Origin: Nanobdellati archaeon
GTDB taxonomy: Archaea; Nanobdellota; Nanobdellia; UBA10117
Direction of reading: 5' to 3'
Assembly (NCBI GenBank): GCA_016182015.1
Contig: JACOYC010000012.1
Span: forward strand, 29,623 to 93,622
Length of the DNA stretch: 64,000 bases
The notes beneath the pieces were generated by a model, which was not told where the DNA came from, searched no databases, and saw only the letters and a program-made list of their open reading frames with translations. Every line of letters begins with the position of its first letter. Positions within the stretch are counted from its first letter, which is position 1. The translations under genes were made by a program, and so were the position numbers. Below, piece by piece: positions 1-9,002 of the stretch.

Positions 1-692
1 ATATAACAAATGACATAGCAGATATTAAAAAAGATCGTGAAAATCATGAAAAAGTGGCAAGGCCGCTTGCCTCCGGAAAAATAAAAGTCTGGCAAGCAAC
101 TGCCATGGCAATTTTTTTGCTTGGCGCGTCTTTCGCTATTGGTGCAAAATTATCTTATAAATTTCTTTCTATCCAGCTTGCCTTGTTCGCAGTTGGCCAG
201 ATTTACAACATATTTTTAAGGAAAGAGGAGTTCGCTGACATACTTACAATTGCTTCTAGCTTTGTGCTACGCGCAGTTTCTGGCACATTTATAATTGGTT
301 CAGACATTTCGCCGTGGCTGGTCATATGCACGTTTTTGCTTTCGCTTTTTTTGTCAATCGGCAAGCGCCACGGAGAGCTGATAATGCTACGTGAAAATGC
401 AGACGCCCACAGGCCGGCGCTGAAATTTTATACAAAGGAAGTTACTGGCGCGCTGATGATTGTAGCAACGACGACATTGATAATGTCATATAGTTTTTAC
501 AGCTTTTTGAGCAATAGGAATTTGCTTTTTACATTGCCAATATCTCTGTATGCGGTTTTTAGATATTTTCATTTGGCGTATTCTGGCAGTGAAATAGCTA
601 GAAAACCAGAAAATATGCACAAAGACTGGAAATTATTTGCCAGCGTGTTTATATGGGTGTTGACTATTTTTGCGATTCTTTATTTGCGATAG
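1..692 (+). CDS. UbiA-family prenyltransferase (5' truncated at window edge); membrane protein
   Basis: Frame continues to nt 1 with the motif NDIADIKKDRENHEKVARPLASGKI, which fits the UbiA NDxxDxxxD...RPLxSG signature; multiple TM segments. Confidence 0.7.
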   Translation, partial: ITNDIADIKKDRENHEKVARPLASGKIKVWQATAMAIFLLGASFAIGAKLSYKFLSIQLALFAVGQIYNIFLRKEEFADILTIASSFVLRAVSGTFIIGSDISPWLVICTFLLSLFLSIGKRHGELIMLRENADAHRPALKFYTKEVTGALMIVATTTLIMSYSFYSFLSNRNLLFTLPISLYAVFRYFHLAYSGSEIARKPENMHKDWKLFASVFIWVLTIFAILYLR

Positions 693-1872
693 CTTGTTTG
701 TAAAGAAATTCAATGTCGCCCGCAATATTATCCCAGTCATATTTTTTAGCATGGTTTTTGTTCGCTTTAGAAATTCTATTTCTCAACTTTCTGTCAGAAA
801 GCAGTTTTATAATTTTTTCTTTTAGCGCAGCAACATCACTGTAATTGACAAAAAAACCATTCTCAGGCTCCGACATAGCATACGGTACGTTGTTGACTGG
901 CGTTGCAATTACAGGACAGCCGGCCGCCATAGCCTCAAACAACGTCAGTGGCATGCCCTCGCGCTTGGAAGGCAGGACATAAATGTCCGCAGCGTTATAT
1001 GCCGCAATAACATCCTCGCGCGGAAGCCGGCCAAGAATTTTTAAGTTTGAATCGCCACCAGATAAGATCTCTAATTCTTTTTGATATCCGTCATCACCGC
1101 CCGCGAATACGAACGTAACGTCATTTCTTTCAGCAAGAATTTTCTTTGCCGCAGCCATCAAAATATCCGGCCCTTTAATTTTATTAATTCGCGCAAGAAA
1201 CAAAACCATTTTTCCGTTTATTTTGTATTTTTTCTTAAAGCCAATACTGGGCGAAGTTCGGCGCGGCGCAGCGGAGTTTATTTTACTCATATTATTTTTT
1301 CCAGTAGAATTAAAGAATTCTGCAGAAACCCCATTTGGTATAGGTATAATTTCGTTTTTTTTCTTGGATAGCTTTTTTATAAACTGTAGTTCGTATGGGC
1401 TAAGAATAATTATTTTGTTTGCCCACTTCAATGCCAGCCGGCCAAAAACGTTCTGCATCGGCCACACAAAAATATTTCCAAGAAAGTTCCTCTTGTCAGC
1501 AATCCATGGACTATGCGTGGTGTGCACGACAGGAACTTTTTTTATTCTTGCGGCCAGCCCGGCAAGGAAAGTGTGCGGCTGGTTTAGCGAGTGTGTGTGT
1601 ATTACACTGAAATCGCTGCCAAGAATTTTAAAGAAAATTTCCGGCCAGACGTAAGTCAGAGCGGTGACCCTGAACCAGTAAGGAATCCTGTGCACAAATA
1701 TCCCATCAACCAGTAAGTTTTTTTTCTTTAATCTTCGTTTTTTATCTGTATCTGCACAAAAAACGTGGACCTCATGGCCTGCCCGTACCTGTCTTTTTGC
1801 AAGCTCGTAAACGACCTGGCCAACGCCACAGATTGTAGGCTTGAAAAACGGACAGATATGCGCTATTTTCAT
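664..1872 (-). CDS. Glycosyltransferase family 4 (GT4)
   Basis: N-terminus MKIAHICPFFKPTICGVGQVVYELAKRQVRAGHEVHVF is typical GT4/GT-B; C-terminal sugar-nucleotide-binding region. Confidence 0.8.
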   Translation of the reverse strand: MKIAHICPFFKPTICGVGQVVYELAKRQVRAGHEVHVFCADTDKKRRLKKKNLLVDGIFVHRIPYWFRVTALTYVWPEIFFKILGSDFSVIHTHSLNQPHTFLAGLAARIKKVPVVHTTHSPWIADKRNFLGNIFVWPMQNVFGRLALKWANKIIILSPYELQFIKKLSKKKNEIIPIPNGVSAEFFNSTGKNNMSKINSAAPRRTSPSIGFKKKYKINGKMVLFLARINKIKGPDILMAAAKKILAERNDVTFVFAGGDDGYQKELEILSGGDSNLKILGRLPREDVIAAYNAADIYVLPSKREGMPLTLFEAMAAGCPVIATPVNNVPYAMSEPENGFFVNYSDVAALKEKIIKLLSDRKLRNRISKANKNHAKKYDWDNIAGDIEFLYKQAIANKESQK

Positions 1873-1873
1873 A

Positions 1874-2998
1874 TTAATGTGCTACTGCCATGCTGATGCC
1901 CGGCAGGCCAGCGGGATTTTTCATTTGTAAGTATGGCTTTGCCCATCTACAGCCTTCGCATAGTTTGAACATCTGTACGTTTTTGTTCAGCAAGCCGTCG
2001 CGTAGTGCTCGATAATACGCACCATTCCAGATTTCCCCCAAAGATTGCTCAGTAAGATTCATATCACCGAATTTGTGCGGTTCAAGAATTACGCAGCATG
2101 GTGTTACGCGGCCCTGCCAGTTCAGATAAATAGAACGCCAAGGCCATATACACTTTGAGTCGTGTTCGTCGTCATATGCAACAGCCACTCCAAGATTTTT
2201 TCCTTCTGCCCGCGCTTCAGAGATTAGTTTTTTTATTTGTTCTTTATATGATACGACAACTTCATCTTTTGAAAACCCGGTTTTTTCATATTTTTCTAAG
2301 TAATCATCTTTTTCCTGCAGGTCTTGGAATTCTATTTGTTCTATGCCAAGCTCGCGCGCAAATTGTACGAATTTTGGGATTTCACGCATGTTTTTTTTCA
2401 TTACAACTGCTGCGAGGGCCAGCCTGAACTTCGCACTGGTTTCTTTTCGTTTGGCGGTTAGCCGTTTTATGCCGGCCACGACGACATCAAACTTGGCAAG
2501 CTTTCTAATAGACTCATAAGTTTCCCTTTCTGTTGAGTCGACAGAGAGAATCATTTTATTTACCTGTGATTGGCAGATTTTTTCCACGATTTTTTCTGTG
2601 AAGAGCGTGGCGTTTGATGTTAAATTTACCACGATACCCTTTGAAGCTGCGTAGTTTATCATTTGAAATAAATCGCGGGCAAGGAAAGGCTCGCCTTGCC
2701 CCTGCAGATGTATTTTGACTACCGTGTCGAGTTTGTCGATTACTGTCTTGAATGTTTCAAATGACATCTCGCCCAACGGCACGCCGAGTTCAGTACGCAC
2801 GCACATTCTGCAGGCCAGATTGCACCGCAAGGTCGGCTCGATTTGCGCAGTTATTGGCTTGTGTTGAGATATATCTCCCCACGGCCTGATATGATATGCG
2901 AGCAGATTTACAGCTACTTTTGCATTTTGAGCGAGCGATCTGTTTCCTGTAAGGGCTAAGAATCTGTTGAAAAACTCCATGAAGCGATAAAATTTCAT
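1874..2998 (-). CDS. Radical SAM protein with C-terminal SPASM/twitch-like Cys cluster
   Basis: CNLACRMC matches the CxxxCxxC radical SAM motif; C-terminal CCVILEP...CEGCRWAKP cysteine cluster. Confidence 0.8.
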   Translation of the reverse strand: MKFYRFMEFFNRFLALTGNRSLAQNAKVAVNLLAYHIRPWGDISQHKPITAQIEPTLRCNLACRMCVRTELGVPLGEMSFETFKTVIDKLDTVVKIHLQGQGEPFLARDLFQMINYAASKGIVVNLTSNATLFTEKIVEKICQSQVNKMILSVDSTERETYESIRKLAKFDVVVAGIKRLTAKRKETSAKFRLALAAVVMKKNMREIPKFVQFARELGIEQIEFQDLQEKDDYLEKYEKTGFSKDEVVVSYKEQIKKLISEARAEGKNLGVAVAYDDEHDSKCIWPWRSIYLNWQGRVTPCCVILEPHKFGDMNLTEQSLGEIWNGAYYRALRDGLLNKNVQMFKLCEGCRWAKPYLQMKNPAGLPGISMAVAH

Positions 2999-3056
2999 AC
3001 CACATCAAAAATAAGTGCAGCAAAACAATTTTAAAACTTTCCTTCTTTACTTGTAA

Positions 3057-4226
3057 ATGCGCATAGGTTATGTGATTCCGTATTTTCACCCTTTTAAGGA
3101 CGGGTTGGAGAACAACTGCCTCTATTTGGCAGCCGAATTGGCGAAGCGCGGGCACGAGATTCACGTTTTTACCTCGGACCGGCGCGGCGCAGAGGTTTTG
3201 AAGAACACATATGAAGCTTATAATGGCGTTCATATTCATCGCTACCGGACTTTAGTTAGATATAAATATTATTTTTTTTACAATGCTGGAATGGTATCCG
3301 ACATACTGCGCCGCAATTTCGATGTTCTGCATTTCCATAATATTGGCCATCCGCAGTGGGATGCTATACTACTCGCCACCCGCCTGTTGAAAAAAACAAA
3401 ATGCGTAAACACTCCGCACGGGAATTTTTTTGCTGGCATAGAAAAATCATTTTTTGGAAAAATTTTTAAGACAGTTTACCGATTGTGGGAGTTTCCATTT
3501 AATAGGCTTTACCACGCCTGTGTCAAAGTGAATCAACTACAGCACAAGTGGCTGCCTGAATACGGTTTTAAGAAAAAATTAGTTTATATCCCTGACGGCA
3601 TTCCAGCGGAGCGTTTTAAGAAAATCGACAATTCAGAATTTTTGGAGAGGCACGGATTAAGCGGCAAGTTTGTAATTTGCAATCTTGGCCGGCTTCTGCC
3701 TTACAAAGGTCTGGATCAGATGGTAAAAATCCTGCCGAAAATTTTGAAAAAATATCCAGAGGTTGTATTTTTATCAATGGGGCCGGACCGTGGCGATCTG
3801 CTGCGGCTGAAAAATTTAGCTAAGGAGCTTAACGTTGAGAAGAATGTTGTATTTGTTGGCGAGGTTTCCGAAGACGATAAATTAAGAGGCTTGGATGCGT
3901 CTAGAATTTTTGTTTTCCCAAGCCAGCCGGGTACAGAGTTTTTTGGCATTGGAATGCTGGAAGGTATGGCGCGCGGCGTGGTGCCAATCGCGACAAGGCA
4001 GGAGGGGCCAAACTTCCTTTTGCGCGACGGCGAGAACGGAATGCTTTTTAATTATGGGAATTTAACTGAGCTGAAGGAAAAAATTTTATTCATGATAGAA
4101 CATTCAGAATTTTTAGAAGCTGCAAAAAAGCAGAACTTCGGGCTGGCAAAGTCATTTGTGAACGAGGAAATTGCAAAAAGCCTTGAGGCAGTATATTTTA
4201 AACTTTGTAAAGGCACAAGCCTTTAA
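3057..4226 (+). CDS. Glycosyltransferase family 4 (GT4)
   Basis: MRIGYVIPYFHPFKDGLENNCLYLAAELAKRGHEIHVFTSD; GT-B fold signature. Confidence 0.8.
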   Translation: MRIGYVIPYFHPFKDGLENNCLYLAAELAKRGHEIHVFTSDRRGAEVLKNTYEAYNGVHIHRYRTLVRYKYYFFYNAGMVSDILRRNFDVLHFHNIGHPQWDAILLATRLLKKTKCVNTPHGNFFAGIEKSFFGKIFKTVYRLWEFPFNRLYHACVKVNQLQHKWLPEYGFKKKLVYIPDGIPAERFKKIDNSEFLERHGLSGKFVICNLGRLLPYKGLDQMVKILPKILKKYPEVVFLSMGPDRGDLLRLKNLAKELNVEKNVVFVGEVSEDDKLRGLDASRIFVFPSQPGTEFFGIGMLEGMARGVVPIATRQEGPNFLLRDGENGMLFNYGNLTELKEKILFMIEHSEFLEAAKKQNFGLAKSFVNEEIAKSLEAVYFKLCKGTSL

Positions 4227-4246
4227 TATCTTTTGTTATATGTTTT

Positions 4247-5785
4247 TTGATGGATTTAAAGTTGTTGGAGACAAAAGTTAATTTATGGCTGTCTAACAAA
4301 TATAATTTATATTTTTTAATAATATTTATTTTTGCTTTTGCAGTAAGATTATATTATTTATTTTTGACCAAGAACCAGGCCCTTTGGTGGGATGAAGCAG
4401 AATATCTTAACATGGCTAAACACTGGGCGTTTAGTATGCCATATGATTTAAATCCGCAAAGGCCGCCATTATTTCCGCTTCTCGCTGCAGCTATATTTTC
4501 ACTCAGCGGCGGCGTTTTCGCGGCAAAGCTTTTACTGTCGCTGGTGCCGTCAGTTTTGATAGTTTTTTTAACATATATAATTGCGGGCGAGTTTTACGGC
4601 AAAAAAGCAGGCCTTGTTGCATCTGCATTTATGGCGCTTTTTTGGTTTGCTTTGTTTAATACTGTCAGGTCACATACTGATTTGCTGGCAATGCTGTTTA
4701 GCTCGCTGGCGATTTACTTTGTTTGGAAGCATGCCGAACAGCAAAAAAACTGGATGATGGTTTTGGCCGGCCTGCTTATTGGGCTTTCAGTACTTACGAG
4801 GCTGCTTGCAGGTATAACCGTTATAATTCTGGCAATTTTTCTGCTGATTGCAAAACGCAGGGCGTTGTTTTTTGACAAATATATTTGGTTTTCCGGGCTG
4901 GCCGCAGCCGTTTTTGTTTTGCCGTATTTAATATGGGCAAAGCTGCATTTTGGCAATATACTTGCACCATTTTCAGGCTATGAATCCGCATTTACGGGCA
5001 TTTCTAATACATTTGCGTGGCACGTTTTCGGATTTTTCAAATGGTTCGGCGAGTGGCCAATTTTTATTTTGTTCTTGGCCGGCTGCGCCATGGTTTTAAC
5101 AGATATTGTGCTGGGTCGCGAGTTGGTATTTAAGCAGGAAGGACGGATGCTGCGCGCAAACGCCCTGCTTCTCGTCTGGGTTTTCACATACGTATTTTAT
5201 TTTGTTTTTATCGTAAAAGCATATACAACAGAAGACCGCTGGCTTTTGCCGATTACGATTCCAATGTTTATACTTGCTGCGAGGCCAGTGATTGCCGTTT
5301 TTGATTTTCTTAAGAAATATAACCGCAGCGTTGCGCTTGCAAGTATAGCAGTACTTCTTGTGATTTGTTTGTATCCGCAGTATGCGCATGCCGCAGCAAT
5401 AATACCCGCCAAGGCAAATACATACGCGCAAGAGCCATGGGCCGGCCAGTGGCTCAAAGAAAATACGCAGCCAAGCGACGTTATAATGTCAGTCAACGAA
5501 CAGGCACCGCTTGCATTTTATTCAGAACGCAGAATCTATGGGCTCGACACGCCGGACGGAACAGTTGAGCGAATTAAAAAATTCAAGCCAAAATATTTTG
5601 TCGTAACCGGATACGCGAAGGCAGATTCGTGGCAGGTTAATTTTCCTGAAAAATATAAATACTCAATTGTCCCTGCGCATGCCTTTTTTGAAGACCCGGA
5701 GCACAAACAGCTGGCCATAATAATATATAAATTCAGTAATTATGATTTAAACCCAAGCACAGCTAACAGTCCAACAGATGCGTAA
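4247..5785 (+). CDS. GT39/ArnT(PMT)-like integral membrane glycosyltransferase (dolichyl-phosphate-sugar dependent)
   Basis: About 11 TM helices; WWDEAEY (DE motif) in the first loop is typical of GT-C PMT/ArnT-like enzymes; C-terminal soluble domain. Confidence 0.65.
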   Translation: MMDLKLLETKVNLWLSNKYNLYFLIIFIFAFAVRLYYLFLTKNQALWWDEAEYLNMAKHWAFSMPYDLNPQRPPLFPLLAAAIFSLSGGVFAAKLLLSLVPSVLIVFLTYIIAGEFYGKKAGLVASAFMALFWFALFNTVRSHTDLLAMLFSSLAIYFVWKHAEQQKNWMMVLAGLLIGLSVLTRLLAGITVIILAIFLLIAKRRALFFDKYIWFSGLAAAVFVLPYLIWAKLHFGNILAPFSGYESAFTGISNTFAWHVFGFFKWFGEWPIFILFLAGCAMVLTDIVLGRELVFKQEGRMLRANALLLVWVFTYVFYFVFIVKAYTTEDRWLLPITIPMFILAARPVIAVFDFLKKYNRSVALASIAVLLVICLYPQYAHAAAIIPAKANTYAQEPWAGQWLKENTQPSDVIMSVNEQAPLAFYSERRIYGLDTPDGTVERIKKFKPKYFVVTGYAKADSWQVNFPEKYKYSIVPAHAFFEDPEHKQLAIIIYKFSNYDLNPSTANSPTDA

Positions 5786-6759
5786 ATTGCTGTCGTTGCA
5801 AACATAGCAACAGGGTGAAGAAGCCACGCAGAGTCTTTTGTTTCGATTGCTTTTTGTAAACCAATAATAGTGTTTGGTAAAATTAAAAAATTTTTTATAA
5901 GCTTTAAGCCAATTTGCAGAAACTCTTTTCTGTTTTTTGGCGTCCAGGAAAAGTCTCCACGCATTTCGTTTTTAGTTACATGAACCTTGGCCCAAAGTGT
6001 TTTCTTTTTTATGAAATTCCAGAAAGAATATACTGCATAGTGATGCGTTGCGGCGTTTTTTGGTATTGCCAGCCTTGCCAGCCCGAGTTTTGCAAGTCTG
6101 AATATTACGTCAACATCTTTTGTGTATCCGCCAACGGCGTCGAGCGCCGATTTGCGGTAGATAAAACAATTTCCACCCGCAATAAAAAACTTTTCTGGCG
6201 TGATTTCAGTGGTATGATAATCGCCGCAGTCTTCCAGCTTAACTTTTTTCAGGCCAAGCAGGCCATGCAGCGAAATTTCTGCAGCAAATGGATCTGTGCC
6301 AACATAACTCAGATACCTGTTTGTTATTTTGTCTTCCTTTCGCGCAAGTAAGCGGCAATCACAGCCGAATATTGTCTGGTCGGCCAGCATCGGTTTAAGC
6401 ATTTCATAGAGCCAGTTTTCTCCAATAAGCATGTTGTCATGGTCAACAAATGCGATAAAATCGCCGCGCGCTAACGCGAGGCCCTGGCTTTTTCCCATCC
6501 CGCGGCCTTCTGGAAATCTTTTTTTATTTTGTATCAGCGTTACAGGAAAGCTGGCGATCATTTTTATTGTTTCTGCGGAGCTGCCGCCGTCAACACATAT
6601 TACTTCAAATTTGTCCTTCGGGTAACTTATTGCGAAGACACTCTTCAGACAGCGTTTAATTAAGTTATGCATTTCATGCTGCTTCGTACTGTAGGTGCAA
6701 ATGATAAAGCTAACAAACGGTGTTTTGTCCATTTTTTTCCTCTGACCCGCCAAAAACAT
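5740..6759 (-). CDS. Glycosyltransferase family 2 (GT2)
   Basis: FVSFIICTYSTKQHE N-terminal GT-A motif, DxD-like VDGGS, C-terminal TM. Confidence 0.75.
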   Translation of the reverse strand: MFLAGQRKKMDKTPFVSFIICTYSTKQHEMHNLIKRCLKSVFAISYPKDKFEVICVDGGSSAETIKMIASFPVTLIQNKKRFPEGRGMGKSQGLALARGDFIAFVDHDNMLIGENWLYEMLKPMLADQTIFGCDCRLLARKEDKITNRYLSYVGTDPFAAEISLHGLLGLKKVKLEDCGDYHTTEITPEKFFIAGGNCFIYRKSALDAVGGYTKDVDVIFRLAKLGLARLAIPKNAATHHYAVYSFWNFIKKKTLWAKVHVTKNEMRGDFSWTPKNRKEFLQIGLKLIKNFLILPNTIIGLQKAIETKDSAWLLHPVAMFATTAIYASVGLLAVLGFKS

Positions 6760-7999
6760 AGGCCACTGTCAACGAGGCAAGCAGCCCAATGGCGACGAAC
6801 GCCATTATTTTTACGATTACCCATAGCGACGAGTGAAATGTCAGAATACTAATGATTTCTGCAGCCGGGAAAAGCAGCAACATAGGCAAAAATTTTGTTT
6901 TGCCGGATGATAGAAAGTAATTTACAAATAAATATGCAATAGAAAATAGTGCCATTGTTAGGCCGAATAGCCCCATAATCGGAATAATATCAAAATATTC
7001 TGGGCCGAAAAGCATGCCAACAACAAGCTTCGGCGCTAGCGCATATACTGTTGCTGCCGCGCCAGTCAGGCCGGCCACTATGAGCAGCGATTTTCTAAAC
7101 GTTGGTTCATAGTCCAGGTTTTTAGCCTTAAGCTCTGATATTTTTGGGAACATCACTTGGCTTATAGATACAGAAGCAAAGAATATTATTTTGGCAAGAA
7201 GGGCTGCTGCAGCGTAATGGCCAGCGCTGGCAGGCGAGAAAAAATGTTTAACAAGTATAACATCAACAGTATAAATTGCGGTGATAGCACTCATCGCCAA
7301 GACTACCGGTATTGAATATGCATAGATTGCTTTTCCGTCGATTTTGTACTGCTCGATGTTATTTTTGTATTTTTTTAGCACGAGGCTGGCAAGAAGCCAC
7401 GCCCCAGCAAAAGAAAATACTATGGCCGCAAGTGCCCCATTCACGCCAAAACCCAATAAGACCAGCGCAATTCCAGAAGCTATTTTTATTATCGCCTCAA
7501 AGATGACATTTGCCCCGAGCGCGATAAATTTTTGCAGGCCTTGCAGAATGCCGCGCAGGTTTGAAACAACAAAAACAACAAGGAAAACAAAATTAAATAT
7601 GATTATGTTTGCAGCAGGTGCGTGTAGGAAAGTGCTAAGTGGTTTTGCCCCAGCCATAAATATTACAAAAAAAACCATGCCAAGTATAAGTATTTTTTCA
7701 TGTGATTTTTTAAGCAGGTAGCCGATCTCACCAAATTTTTTTTCAGCTTTCAGGGCAGACACAAATTTTGCAGTTACTGTTTGTATCGTGTTCAGGACGG
7801 CAATAAGAAAATAAAGTATTGCGAACAGCGCGCCCACAACCCCATAGCCAGCAGGCCCGAGCAGCCGGCCCATCGAAAAATGATAGAAATAATTAATCAG
7901 GCTGGCAAACAGCGTAGTTGAAAAAAGTATGCTGCCTTGCTTTAACAGCTTTTTATCTTCGGTCAGGAAAGCCAGTAATTTTTTTAACATATTAAGCAT
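6710..7999 (-). CDS. Oligosaccharide flippase (Wzx/MOP superfamily, AglR-like)
   Basis: 429 aa, about 12 TM helices; N-terminus KLLKQGSILFSTTLFASLINYFYHFSMGRLLGPAGYG is typical of polysaccharide biosynthesis protein. Confidence 0.75.
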   Translation of the reverse strand: MLNMLKKLLAFLTEDKKLLKQGSILFSTTLFASLINYFYHFSMGRLLGPAGYGVVGALFAILYFLIAVLNTIQTVTAKFVSALKAEKKFGEIGYLLKKSHEKILILGMVFFVIFMAGAKPLSTFLHAPAANIIIFNFVFLVVFVVSNLRGILQGLQKFIALGANVIFEAIIKIASGIALVLLGFGVNGALAAIVFSFAGAWLLASLVLKKYKNNIEQYKIDGKAIYAYSIPVVLAMSAITAIYTVDVILVKHFFSPASAGHYAAAALLAKIIFFASVSISQVMFPKISELKAKNLDYEPTFRKSLLIVAGLTGAAATVYALAPKLVVGMLFGPEYFDIIPIMGLFGLTMALFSIAYLFVNYFLSSGKTKFLPMLLLFPAAEIISILTFHSSLWVIVKIMAFVAIGLLASLTVAYVFGGSEEKNGQNTVC

Positions 8000-9002
8000 A
8001 GGATAATATTACGAGTACAGCCAGGACGAACTCTGTGGCGAGTATGCCGCGCGCTGCAGTTTTTTCGTGGCCAAAAAGACGTACAAAAATGTGTACAAGC
8101 GATGCAGTTTTGTCCGGGGCCTTGAGTGTTCCGTCAGGTTGCGGCACATTTGAACAGCTTTCTACTTCAAATTTATAGCGCGCTTTTAGAACCAATTCTG
8201 CGAAGTAGGGCAGGAAGAGTATGACTGCTGCGCGTTCCATGTTGCCTAGGACTGCAAGTATTGCTATGAGTGCGCCAGTTCCGTGCGTTAGTGTATTGCC
8301 CGGAAATATTTTTGCAGGAAATCTGTTGAACAGCAAAAAAGCCAGCAGGGAGACTACTGCGCAGAAGGCGATAATAGCTAACCACGGTGTTCCAGTCAGC
8401 AATGCTATGTAACCTAAGGCAGCTAAAATTATCGCGCCCATTCCCGCCTCTAAACCATTAAGCCCCGCGAGCATATTAAAGCCATTAGTGGCGCCAACTA
8501 TGCTAACTGGAATTATCACCAGCGGGTATAATATTCCAAAATCAATGACACCCAAAAGCGGCAAGAGCATTGCAGAGTGGCCTGCATTTATTACTATCAG
8601 CGGCACTGCGGCAGGCAGCGTGAGAAGCGGTTTTTGCCATTTGGCAAGGCCTTGTTTCCACCCAAGCACGTCATCTATAAAACCCACGAAGCTAGCCAGC
8701 ATGAGTGCAATTATTGCTGCGAACAAAACTATAAGATGTGTTTCTGTTTTTATAATAAATGTTTTGAAAAATACATATGCCAGCAGTCCAGTCAAAGTTC
8801 CAAACAGGACTGGCAGGCCGCCAATTTCTGGAATCAGTATATTACCCAGCTTGTTCGCATCTTTCCCAACCAGATTGAAACGTTTAGCTATGCGTATCCA
8901 CGCCCGTATTAGAAAAAAAGTAGCAAGGAAGCTTAGTAATATGCTAAACAACGCCAAAATTTCAGATCCATCCACCATTTTAACCGTACTTGCTCGGTTC
9001 AA
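7992..9002 (-). CDS. UDP-GlcNAc:dolichyl-phosphate GlcNAc-1-phosphate transferase (MraY/WecA/AglH family)
   Basis: Polytopic membrane protein with GATNGFNMLAGLNGLEAG, characteristic of the polyprenyl-phosphate hexose-1-P transferase family. Confidence 0.8.
   Translation of the reverse strand: MNRASTVKMVDGSEILALFSILLSFLATFFLIRAWIRIAKRFNLVGKDANKLGNILIPEIGGLPVLFGTLTGLLAYVFFKTFIIKTETHLIVLFAAIIALMLASFVGFIDDVLGWKQGLAKWQKPLLTLPAAVPLIVINAGHSAMLLPLLGVIDFGILYPLVIIPVSIVGATNGFNMLAGLNGLEAGMGAIILAALGYIALLTGTPWLAIIAFCAVVSLLAFLLFNRFPAKIFPGNTLTHGTGALIAILAVLGNMERAAVILFLPYFAELVLKARYKFEVESCSNVPQPDGTLKAPDKTASLVHIFVRLFGHEKTAARGILATEFVLAVLVILSYA

Noticed and set aside
1081-1654. Plus-strand ORFs 1081-1371, 1223-1654 and 1419-1610 inside the GT4 gene
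   Set aside because: They are antisense to a well-supported glycosyltransferase CDS.
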